Shown: positions 1 through 11,370 of the stretch, piece after piece
Numbering within the stretch: the stretch's first letter is position 1
How the letters are laid out: each line of letters begins with the position of its first letter
NCBI GenBank assembly: GCA_964057225.1
Contig: OZ059898.1
Location: forward strand, 3,038,001 to 3,102,000
Length of the DNA stretch: 64,000 nt
Origin: Auanema rhodensis
Taxonomy: Eukaryota; Animalia; Nematoda
Reading direction: 5' to 3'
The notes under the pieces: model-generated
Told to the model about the DNA's origin: nothing
Database searches by the model: none
The model's input: the letters and a program-made list of their open reading frames with translations, nothing else
Translations under genes and position numbers: made by a program

Positions 1-238
1 AAAAACATCTACTTTTTGCTAAATTATTTTGAAATTTTTCGAAAAAATTTTTGTCAAAATTTTTTGGAAGCAATGTTGAGTGTACATGGAAACTCAACAT
101 ACACTAATGCATCATTTTTCAAACGATCATAACTAATTTTTGTATTAAGCGTTTTTCAATGTAGTATAGTGCATTCGATGCGGATTTTTAAGCTGCGTCG
201 ATCTGTGTTATCACATTTGCGCTAGCTTAAAAATGCAC

Positions 239-277
239 CGAGATATCAACTGATATAAGTTCACACTTATATCCTCG
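239..277. other. Intra-monomer inverted repeat D (9-bp stem, 4-nt loop, outer CGAG/CTCG clamp)
   Basis: GATATAAGT (252-260), loop TCAC, ACTTATATC (265-273). Outer CGAG (239-242) pairs with CTCG (274-277). An overlapping quasi-palindrome ATATCA-AC-TGATAT lies at 243-256. Confidence 0.9.
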
Positions 278-697
278 ATTTTCACCCTGAAGAAATAATT
301 TTTTCGTTGAATAACATTGTCCATCGTCTTTGCCTTGAAAAAAGGAATCTAAAAACATCTACTTTTTGCTAAATTATTTTGAAATTTTTCGAAAAAATTT
401 TTGTCAAAATTTTTTGGAAGCAATGTTGAGTGTACATGGAAACTCAACATACACTAATGCATCATTTTTCAAACGATCATAACTAATTTTTGTATTAAGC
501 GTTTCTCAATGTAGTATAGTTCATTCGATGCGGATTTTTAAGCTGCGTCGATCTGTGTTATCAGATTTGCGCTAGCTTAAAAATGCACCGAGATATCAAC
601 TGATATAAGTTTACACTTATATCCTCGATTTTCACCCTGAAGAATTAATTTTTTCGTTGAATAACATTGTCCATCGTCTTTGCCTTGAAAAAAGGAA

Positions 698-769
698 TCT
701 AAAAACATCTACTTTTTGCTAAATTATTTTGAAATTTTTCGAAAAAATTTTTGTCAAAATGTTTTTGGA
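698..769. other. Intra-monomer inverted repeat A (nested quasi-palindrome, present in essentially every monomer)
   Basis: TCTAAAAACAT (698-708) / ATGTTTTTGGA (759-769) are 10/11 complementary. ATTTTGA (726-732) pairs with TCAAAAT (754-760). The perfect 12-bp palindrome TTTTTCGAAAAA lies at 735-746. Confidence 0.85.
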
Positions 770-773
770 AGCA

Positions 774-801
774 ATGTTGAGTGTACATGGAAACTCAACA
801 T
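774..801. other. Intra-monomer inverted repeat B (9-bp stem, 10-nt loop)
   Basis: ATGTTGAGT (774-782) and ACTCAACAT (793-801) are exact reverse complements. Confidence 0.9.
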
Positions 802-875
802 ACACTAATGCATCATTTTTCAAACGATCATAACTAATTTTTGTATTAAGCGTTTCTCAATGTAGTATAGTGCAT

Positions 876-942
876 TCGATGCGGATTTTTAAGCTGCGTC
901 GATCTGTGTTATCAGATTTGCGCTAGCTTAAAAATGCACCGA
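876..942. other. Intra-monomer inverted repeat C (long imperfect hairpin)
   Basis: ATTTTTAAGCT (885-895) / AGCTTAAAAAT (925-935) form a perfect 11-bp stem. Inner pairs are GCG/CGC and ATCTG (902-906) / CAGAT (913-917) around the loop TGTTAT. Outer pairs are TGC/GCA and TCG/CGA. Confidence 0.9.
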
Positions 943-3900
943 GATATCAACTGATACAAGTTCACACTTATATCCTCGATTTTCACCCTGAAGAAATAAT
1001 TTTTTCGTTGAATAACATTGTCCATCGTCTTTGCCTTGAAAAAAGGATTCTAAAAACATCTACTTTTTGCTATATTATTTTGAAATTTTTCGAAAAAATT
1101 TTTGTCAAAATGTTTTTGGAAGCAATGTTGAGTGTACATGGAAACTCAACATACACTAATGCATCATTTTTCAAACGATCATAACTAATTTTTGTATCAA
1201 GCGTTTCTCAATGTAGTATAGTGCATTCGATGCGGATTTTTAAGCTGCGTCGATCTGTGTTATCAGATTTGCGCTAGCTTAGAAATGCACCCAGATATCA
1301 ACTGATATAAGTTCACACTTATATCCTCGATTTTCACCCTGAAGAATTAACTTTTTCGTTGAATAACATTGTCTATCGTCTTTGCCTTGAAAAATGGAAT
1401 CTAAAAACATCTACTTTTTGGTAAATTATTTTGAAATTTTTCGAAAAAATTTTTGTCAAAATGTTTTTGGAAGCAATGTTGAGTGTACATGGAAACTCAA
1501 CATACACTAATGCATCATTTTTCAAACGATCATAACTAATTTTTGTATCAAGCGTTTCTCAATGTAGTATAGTGCATTCGATCCGGATTTTTAAGCTGCG
1601 TCGATCTGTGTTATCAGATTTGCGCTAGCTTAAAAATGCACCGAGATATCAACTGATATAAGTTCACACTTATATCCTCGATTTTCACCCTGAAGAAATA
1701 ATTTTTTCGTTGAATAACATTGTCCATCGTCTTTGCCTTGAAAAAAGGAATCTAAAAACATCTACTTTTTGCTAAATTATTTTGAAATTTTTCGAAAAAA
1801 TTTTTGTCAAAATTTTTTGGAAGCAATGTTGAGTGTACATGGAAACTCAACATACACTAATGCATCATTTTTCAAACGATCATAACTAATTTTTGTATTA
1901 AGCGTTTTTCAATGTAGTATAGTGCATTCGATGCGGATTTTTAAGCTGCGTCGATCTGTGTTATCAGATTTGCGCTAGCTTAAAAATGCACCGAGATATC
2001 AACTGATATAAGTTCACACTTATATCCTCGATTTTCACCCTGAAGAAATAATTTTTTCGTTGAATAACATTGTCCATCGTCTTTGCCTTGAAAAAAGGAA
2101 TCTAAAAACATCTACTTTTTGCTAAATTATTTTGAAATTTTTCGAAAAAATTTTTGTCAAAATTTTTTGGAAGCAATGTTGAGTGTACATGGAAACTCAA
2201 CATACACTAATGCATCATTTTTCTAACGATCATAACTAATTTTTGTATTAAGCTTTTCTCAATGTAGTATAGTGCATTCGATGCGGATTTTTAAGCTGCG
2301 TCGATCTGTGTTATCAGATTTGCGCTAGCTTAAAAATGCACCGAGATATCAACTGATATAAGTTCACACTTATATCCTCGATTTTTATCCTGAAGAATTA
2401 ATTTTTTCGTTGAATAACATTGTCCATCGTCTTTGCCTTGAAAAATCGAATCTAAAAACATCTACTTTTCGCTAAATTAGATTGAAATTTTTCGAAAAAA
2501 TTTTTGTCAAAATGTTTTTGGAAGCAATGTTGAGTGTACATGGAAACTCAACATACACTAATGCATCATTTTTCAAACGATCATAACTAATTTGTGTATC
2601 AAGCGTTTCTCAATGTAGTATAGTGCATTCGATGCGGATTTTTAAGCTGCGTCGATCTGTGTTATCAGATTTGCGCTAGCTTAAAAATGCACCGAGATAT
2701 CAACTGATATAAGTTCACACTTATATCCTCGATTTTCACCCTGAAGAATTAATTTTTTCGTTGAATAACATTGTCCATCTTCTTTGCCTTGAAAAATGGA
2801 ATCTAAAAACATCTACTTTTTGCTAAATTATTTTGAAATTTTTCGAAAAAAGTTTTGTCAAAATGTTTTTGGAAGCAATGTTGAGTGTACATGGAAACTC
2901 AACATACACTAATGCATCATTTTTCAAACGATCATAACTAATTTTTGTATTAAGCTTTTCTCAATGTAGTATAGTGCATTCGATGCGGATTTTTAAGCTG
3001 CGTCGATCTGTGTTATCAGATTTGCGCTACCTTAAAAATGCACCGAGATATCAACTGATATAAGTTCACACTTATATCCTCGATTTTCACCCTGAAGAAT
3101 TAATTTTTTCGTTGAATAATATTGTCCATCGTCTTTGCCTTGAAAAATGGAAACTAAAAACATCTACTTTTTGCTAAATTATTTTGAAATTTTTCGAAAA
3201 AATTTTTGTCAAAATGTTTTTGGAAGCAATGTTGAGTGTACATGGAAACTCAACATACACTAATGCATCATTTTTCAAACGATCATAACTAATTTTTGTA
3301 TCAAGCTTTTCTCAATGTAGTAGAGTGCATTCGATGCGGATTTTTAAGCTGCGTCGATCTGTGTTATCAGATTTGCGCTAGCTTAAAAATGCACCGAGAT
3401 ATCAACTGATATAAGTTTACACTTATATCCTCGATTTTCACCCTGAAGAATTAATTTTTTCGTTGAATAACATTGTCCATCGTCTTTGCCTTGAAAAAAG
3501 GAATCTAAAAACATCTACTTTTTGCTAAATTATTTTGAAATTTTTCGAAAAAATTTTTGTCAAAATGTTTTTGGAAGCAATGTTGAGTGTACATGGAAAC
3601 TCAACATACACTAATGCATCATTTTTCAAACGATCATAACTAATTTTTGTATTAAGCGTTTCTCAATGTAGTATAGTGCATTCGATGCGGATTTTTAAGC
3701 TGCGTCGATCTGTGTTATCAGATTTGCGCTAGCTTAAAAATGCACCGAGATATCAACTGATACAAGTTCACACTTATATCCTCGATTTTCACCCTGAAGA
3801 AATAATTTTTTCGTTGAATAACATTGTCCATCGTCTTTGCCTTGAAAAAAGGATTCTAAAAACATCTACTTTTTGCTATATTATTTTGAAATTTTTCGAA

Positions 3901-4970
3901 AAAATTTTTGTCAAAATGTTTTTGGAAGCAATGTTGAGTGTACATGGAAACTCAACATACACTAATGCATCATTTTTCAAACGATCATAACTAATTTTTG
4001 TATCAAGCGTTTCTCAATGTAGTATAGTGCATTCGATGCGGATTTTTAAGCTGCGTCGATCTGTGTTATCAGATTTGCGCTAGCTTAGAAATGCACCCAG
4101 ATATCAACTGATATAAGTTCACACTTATATCCTCGATTTTCACCCTGAAGAATTAACTTTTTCGTTGAATAACATTGTCTATCGTCTTTGCCTTGAAAAA
4201 TGGAATCTAAAAACATCTACTTTTTGGTAAATTATTTTGAAATTTTTCGAAAAAATTTTTGTCAAAATGTTTTTGGAAGCAATGTTGAGTGTACATGGAA
4301 ACTCAACATACACTAATGCATCATTTTTCAAACGATCATAACTAATTTTTGTATCAAGCGTTTCTCAATGTAGTATAGTGCATTCGATCCGGATTTTTAA
4401 GCTGCGTCGATCTGTGTTATCAGATTTGCGCTAGCTTAAAAATGCACCGAGATATCAACTGATATAAGTTCACACTTATATCCTCGATTTTCACCCTGAA
4501 GAAATAATTTTTTCGTTGAATAACATTGTCCATCGTCTTTGCCTTGAAAAAAGGAATCTAAAAACATCTACTTTTTGCTAAATTATTTTGAAATTTTTCG
4601 AAAAAATTTTTGTCAAAATTTTTTGGAAGCAATGTTGAGTGTACATGGAAACTCAACATACACTAATGCATCATTTTTCAAACGATCATAACTAATTTTT
4701 GTATTAAGCGTTTTTCAATGTAGTATAGTGCATTCGATGCGGATTTTTAAGCTGCGTCGATCTGTGTTATCAGATTTGCGCTAGCTTAAAAATGCACCGA
4801 GATATCAACTGATATAAGTTCACACTTATATCCTCGATTTTCACCCTGAAGAAATAATTTTTTCGTTGAATAACATTGTCCATCGTCTTTGCCTTGAAAA
4901 AAGGAATCTAAAAACATCTACTTTTTGCTAAATTATTTTGAAATTTTTCGAAAAAATTTTTGTCAAAATT

Positions 4971-7837
4971 TTTTGGAAGCAATGTTGAGTGTACATGGAA
5001 ACTCAACATACACTAATGCATCATTTTTCTAACGATCATAACTAATTTTTGTATTAAGCTTTTCTCAATGTAGTATAGTGCATTCGATGCGGATTTTTAA
5101 GCTGCGTCGATCTGTGTTATCAGATTTGCGCTAGCTTAAAAATGCACCGAGATATCAACTGATATAAGTTCACACTTATATCCTCGATTTTTATCCTGAA
5201 GAATTAATTTTTTCGTTGAATAACATTGTCCATCGTCTTTGCCTTGAAAAATCGAATCTAAAAACATCTACTTTTCGCTAAATTAGATTGAAATTTTTCG
5301 AAAAAATTTTTGTCAAAATGTTTTTGGAAGCAATGTTGAGTGTACATGGAAACTCAACATACACTAATGCATCATTTTTCAAACGATCATAACTAATTTG
5401 TGTATCAAGCGTTTCTCAATGTAGTATAGTGCATTCGATGCGGATTTTTAAGCTGCGTCGATCTGTGTTATCAGATTTGCGCTAGCTTAAAAATGCACCG
5501 AGATATCAACTGATATAAGTTCACACTTATATCCTCGATTTTCACCCTGAAGAATTAATTTTTTCGTTGAATAACATTGTCCATCTTCTTTGCCTTGAAA
5601 AATGGAATCTAAAAACATCTACTTTTTGCTAAATTATTTTGAAATTTTTCGAAAAAAGTTTTGTCAAAATGTTTTTGGAAGCAATGTTGAGTGTACATGG
5701 AAACTCAACATACACTAATGCATCATTTTTCAAACGATCATAACTAATTTTTGTATTAAGCTTTTCTCAATGTAGTATAGTGCATTCGATGCGGATTTTT
5801 AAGCTGCGTCGATCTGTGTTATCAGATTTGCGCTACCTTAAAAATGCACCGAGATATCAACTGATATAAGTTCACACTTATATCCTCGATTTTCACCCTG
5901 AAGAATTAATTTTTTCGTTGAATAATATTGTCCATCGTCTTTGCCTTGAAAAATGGAAACTAAAAACATCTACTTTTTGCTAAATTATTTTGAAATTTTT
6001 CGAAAAAATTTTTGTCAAAATGTTTTTGGAAGCAATGTTGAGTGTACATGGAAACTCAACATACACTAATGCATCATTTTTCAAACGATCATAACTAATT
6101 TTTGTATCAAGCTTTTCTCAATGTAGTAGAGTGCATTCGATGCGGATTTTTAAGCTGCGTCGATCTGTGTTATCAGATTTGCGCTAGCTTAAAAATGCAC
6201 CGAGATATCAACTGATATAAGTTCACACTTATATCCTCGATTTTCACCCTGAAGAATTAACTTTTTCGTTGAATAACATTGTCTATCGTCTTTGCCTTGA
6301 AAAATGGAATCTAAAAACATCTACTTTTTGCTAAATTATTTTGAAATTTTTCGAAAAAATTTTTGTCAAAATGTTTTTGGAAGCAATGTTGAGTGTACAT
6401 GGAAACTCAACATACACTAATGCATCATTTTTCTAACGATCATAACTAATTTTTGTATTAAGCTTTTCTCAATGTAGTATAGTGCATTCGATGCGGATTT
6501 TTAAGCTGCGTCGATCTGTGTTATCAGATTTGCGCTAGCTTAAAAATGCACCGAGATATCAACTGATATAAGTTCACACTTATATCCTCGATTTTTATCC
6601 TGAAGAATTAATTTTTTCGTTGAATAACATTGTCCATCGTCTTTGCCTTGAAAAATCGAATCTAAAAACATCTACTTTTCGCTAAATTAGATTGAAATTT
6701 TTCGAAAAAATTTTTGTCAAAATGTTTTTGGAAGCAATGTTGAGTGTACATGGAAACTCAACATACACTAATGCATCATTTTTCAAACGATCATAACTAA
6801 TTTGTGTATCAAGCGTTTCTCAATGTAGTATAGTGCATTCGATGCGGATTTTTAAGCTGCGTCGATCTGTGTTATCAGATTTGCGCTAGCTTAAAAATGC
6901 ACCGAGATATCAACTGATATAAGTTCACACTTATATCCTCGATTTTCACCCTGAAGAATTAATTTTTTCGTTGAATAACATTGTCCATCTTCTTTGCCTT
7001 GAAAAATGGAATCTAAAAACATCTACTTTTTGCTAAATTATTTTGAAATTTTTCGAAAAAAGTTTTGTCAAAATGTTTTTGGAAGCAATGTTGAGTGTAC
7101 ATGGAAACTCAACATACACTAATGCATCATTTTTCAAACGATCATAACTAATTTTTGTATTAAGCTTTTCTCAATGTAGTATAGTGCATTCGATGCGGAT
7201 TTTTAAGCTGCGTCGATCTGTGTTATCAGATTTGCGCTACCTTAAAAATGCACCGAGATATCAACTGATATAAGTTCACACTTATATCCTCGATTTTCAC
7301 CCTGAAGAATTAATTTTTTCGTTGAATAATATTGTCCATCGTCTTTGCCTTGAAAAATGGAAACTAAAAACATCTACTTTTTGCTAAATTATTTTGAAAT
7401 TTTTCGAAAAAATTTTTGTCAAAATGTTTTTGGAAGCAATGTTGAGTGTACATGGAAACTCAACATACACTAATGCATCATTTTTCAAACGATCATAACT
7501 AATTTTTGTATCAAGCTTTTCTCAATGTAGTAGAGTGCATTCGATGCGGATTTTTAAGCTGCGTCGATCTGTGTTATCAGATTTGCGCTAGCTTAAAAAT
7601 GCACCGAGATATCAACTGATATAAGTTCACACTTATATCCTCGATTTTCACCCTGAAGAATTAACTTTTTCGTTGAATAACATTGTCTATCGTCTTTGCC
7701 TTGAAAAATGGAATCTAAAAACATCTACTTTTTGCTAAATTATTTTGAAATTTTTCGAAAAAATTTTTGTCAAAATGTTTTTGGAAGCAATGTTGAGTGT
7801 ACATGGAAACTCAACATACACTAATGCATCATTTTTC
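4971..7837 (+). repeat. 4-monomer higher-order repeat (1404 bp) x2, overlapping the 8-mer
   Basis: TTCTAACG 5030/6434, TTAGATTG 5286/6690, CTACCTT 5836/7240. Confidence 0.88.
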
Positions 7838-10310
7838 AAACGATCATAACTAATTTTTGTATCAAGCGTTTCTCAATGTAGTATAGTGCATTCGATCCGG
7901 ATTTTTAAGCTGCGTCGATCTGTGTTATCAGATTTGCGCTAGCTTAAAAATGCACCGAGATATCAACTGATATAAGTTCACACTTATATCCTCGATTTTC
8001 ACCCTGAAGAAATAATTTTTTCGTTGAATAACATTGTCCATCGTCTTTGCCTTGAAAAAAGGAATCTAAAAACATCTACTTTTTGCCAAATTATTTTGAA
8101 ATTTTTCGAAAAAATTTTTGTCAAAATTTTTTGGAAGCAATGTTGAGTGTACATGGAAACTCAACATACACTAATGCATCATTTTTCAAACGATCATAAC
8201 TAATTTTTGTATTAAGCTTTTTTCAATGTAGTATAGTGCATTCGATGCGGATTTTTAAGCTGCGTCGATCTGTGTTATCAGATTTGCGCTAGCTTAAAAA
8301 TGCACCGAGATATCAACTGATATAAGTTCACACTTATATCCTCGATTTTTATCCTGAAGAATTAATTTTTTCGTTGAATAACATTGTCCATCGTCTTTGC
8401 CTTGAAAAATCGAATCTAAAAACATCTACTTTTCGCTAAATTAGATTGAAATTTTTCGAAAAAATTTTTGTCAAAATGTTTTTGGAAGCAATGTTGAGTG
8501 TACATGGAAACTCAACATACACTAATGCATCATTTTTCAAACGATCATAACTAATTTGTGTATCAAGCGTTTCTCAATGTAGTATAGTGCATTCGATGCG
8601 GATTTTTAAGCTGCGTCGATCTGTGTTATCAGATTTGCGCTAGCTTAAAAATGCACCGAGATATCAACTGATATAAGTTCACACTTATATCCTCGATTTT
8701 CACCCTGAAGAATTAATTTTTTCGTTGAATAACATTGTCCATCGTCTTTGCCTTGAAAAATGGAATCTAAAAACATCTACTTTTTGCTAAATTATTTTGA
8801 AATTTTTCGAAAAAAGTTTTGTCAAAATGTTTTTGGAAGCAATGTTGAGTGTACATGGAAACTCAACATACACTAATGCATCATTTTTCAAACGATCATA
8901 ACTAATTTTTGTATTAAGCTTTTCTCAATGTAGTATAGTGCATTCGATGCGGATTTTTAAGCTGCGTCGATCTGTGTTATCAGATTTGCGCTACCTTAAA
9001 AATGCACCGAGATATCAACTGATATAAGTTCACACTTATATCCTCGATTTTCACCCTGAAGAATTAATTTTTTCGTTGAATAATATTGTCCATCGTCTTT
9101 GCCTTGAAAAATGGAAACTAAAAACATCTACTTTTTGCTAAATTATTTTGAAATTTTTCGAAAAAATTTTTGTCAAAATGTTTTTGGAAGCAATGTTGAG
9201 TGTACATGGAAACTCAACATACACTAATGCATCATTTTTCAAACGATCATAACTAATTTTTGTATCAAGCTTTTCTCAATGTAGTAGAGTGCATTCGATG
9301 CGGATTTTTAAGCTGCGTCGATCTGTGTTATCAGATTTGCGCTAGCTTAAAAATGCACCGAGATATCAACTGATATAAGTTCACACTTATATCCTCGATT
9401 TTCACCCTGAAGAATTAACTTTTTCGTTGAATAACATTGTCTATCGTCTTTGCCTTGAAAAATGGAATCTAAAAACATCTACTTTTTGCTAAATTATTTT
9501 GAAATTTTTCGAAAAAATTTTTGTCAAAATGTTTTTGGAAGCAATGTTGAGTGTACATGGAAACTCAACATACACTAATGCATCATTTTTCAAACGATCA
9601 TAACTAATTTTTGTATCAAGCGTTTCTCAATGTAGTATAGTGCATTCGATCCGGATTTTTAAGCTGCGTCGATCTGTGTTATCAGATTTGCGCTAGCTTA
9701 AAAATGCACCGAGATATCAACTGATATAAGTTCACACATATATCCTCGATTTTCACCCTGAAGAAATAATTTTTTCGTTGAATAACATTGTCCATCGTCT
9801 TTGCCTTGAAAAAAGGAATCTAAAAACATCTACTTTTTGCCAAATTATTTTGAAATTTTTCGAAAAAATTTTTGTCAAAATTTTTTGGAAGCAATGTTGA
9901 GTGTACATGGAAACTCAACATACACTAATGCATCATTTTTCAAACGATCATAACTAATTTTTGTATTAAGCGTTTTTCAATGTAGTATAATGCATTCGAT
10001 CCGGATTTTTAAGCTGCGTCGATCTGTGTTATCAGATTTGCGCTAGCTTAAAAATGCACCGAGATATCAACTGATATAAGTTCACACTTATATCCTCGAT
10101 TTTTATCCTGAAGAATTAATTTTTTCGTTGAATAACATTGTCCATTGTCTTTGCCTTGAAAAATCGAATCTAAAAACATCTACTTTTCGCTAAATTAGAT
10201 TGAAATTTTTCGAAAAAATTTTTGTCAAAATGTTTTTGGAAGCAATGTTGAGTGTACATGGAAACTCAACATACACTAATGCATCATTTTTCAAACGATC
10301 ATAACTAATT
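6480..10310 (+). repeat. 5-monomer higher-order repeat (1754 bp) x~2.2
   Basis: TTAGATTG 6690/8444/10198, CTACCTT 7240/8994, TTGCCAAA 8087/9841, G-deleted monomers at 8068/9822. Confidence 0.85.
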
Positions 10311-11370
10311 TTTGTATTAAGCGTTTTTCAATGTAGTATAATGCATTCGATGCGGATTTTTAAGCTGCGTCGATCTGTGTTATCAGATTTGCGCTAGCTT
10401 AAAAATGCACCGAGATATCAACTGATATAAGTTCACACTTATATCCTCGATTTTCACCCTGAAGAATTAATTTTTTCGTTGAATAACATTGTCCATCGTC
10501 TTTGCCTTGAAAAATGGAATCTAAAAACATCTACTTTTTGCTAAATTATTTTGAAATTTTTCGAAAAAAGTTTTGTCAAAATGTTTTTGGAAGCAATGTT
10601 GAGTGTACATGGAAACTCAACATACACTAATGCATCATTTTTCAAACGATCATAACTAATTTTTGTATTAAGCGTTTTTCAATGTAGTATAATGCATTCG
10701 ATCCGGATTTTTAAGCTGCGTCGATCTGTGTTATCAGATTTGCGCTAGCTTAAAAATGCACCGAGATATCAACTGATATAAGTTCACACTTATATCCTCG
10801 ATTTTTATCCTGAAGAATTAATTTTTTCGTTGAATAACATTGTCCATTGTCTTTGCCTTGAAAAATCGAATCTAAAAACATCTACTTTTCGCTAAATTAG
10901 ATTGAAATTTTTCGAAAAAATTTTTGTCAAAATGTTTTTGGAAGCAATGTTGAGTGTACATGGAAACTCAACATACACTAATGCATCATTTTTCAAACGA
11001 TCATAACTAATTTTTGTATTAAGCGTTTTTCAATGTAGTATAATGCATTCGATGCGGATTTTTAAGCTGCGTCGATCTGTGTTATCAGATTTGCGCTAGC
11101 TTAAAAATGCACCGAGATATCAACTGATATAAGTTCACACTTATATCCTCGATTTTCACCCTGAAGAATTAATTTTTTCGTTGAATAACATTGTCCATCT
11201 TCTTTGCCTTGAAAAATGGAATCTAAAAACATCTACTTTTTGCTAAATTATTTTGAAATTTTTCGAAAAAAGTTTTGTCAAAATGTTTTTGGAAGCAATG
11301 TTGAGTGTACATGGAAACTCAACATACACTAATGCATCATTTTTCAAACGATCATAACTAATTTTTGTAT
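9900..11370 (+). repeat. 2-monomer duplication (702 bp)
   Basis: TCCATTGTC 10146/10848, TTAGATTG 10198/10900, TATAATGCATTCGATCC near 9990/10692. Confidence 0.85.

Larger units (their letters stand above)
701..1051 (+). repeat. Representative full-length 351-bp monomer (phase is arbitrary)
   Basis: Runs from AAAAACATCT at 701 to the next AAAAACATCT at 1052. It retains the G of CAAAATGTTTTTGG that the 350-bp variants lack. Confidence 0.97.
522..6223 (+). repeat. 8-monomer higher-order repeat (2806 bp) x2
   Basis: Rare variants recur at exactly +2806: TTTACAC 612/3418, GCTATATT ~1073/3879, TTAGAAATGCACCCAG 1282/4088, TTAGATTG 2480/5286, CTACCTT 3030/5836, TAGAG 3323/6129. Confidence 0.92.

Noticed and set aside
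184-273. Claim that the hairpin stems are invariant
   Set aside because: Amplified variants disrupt stems: GATACA in stem D (frequent), CTACC/AGTTT/AAACTG/AGGCT in stem C, and TTCCG in the central palindrome.
252-283. Intrinsic terminator (hairpin followed by a T run)
   Set aside because: The stem is AT-rich, there is no upstream gene, and the context is a eukaryote-type satellite.
302-318. CENP-B-box-like TTTCGTTGAATAACATT
   Set aside because: It matches the TTCGTTG half of the human box (CTTCGTTGGAAACGGGA), about 9/17 positions, but lacks the essential CGGG. It is not a canonical box.
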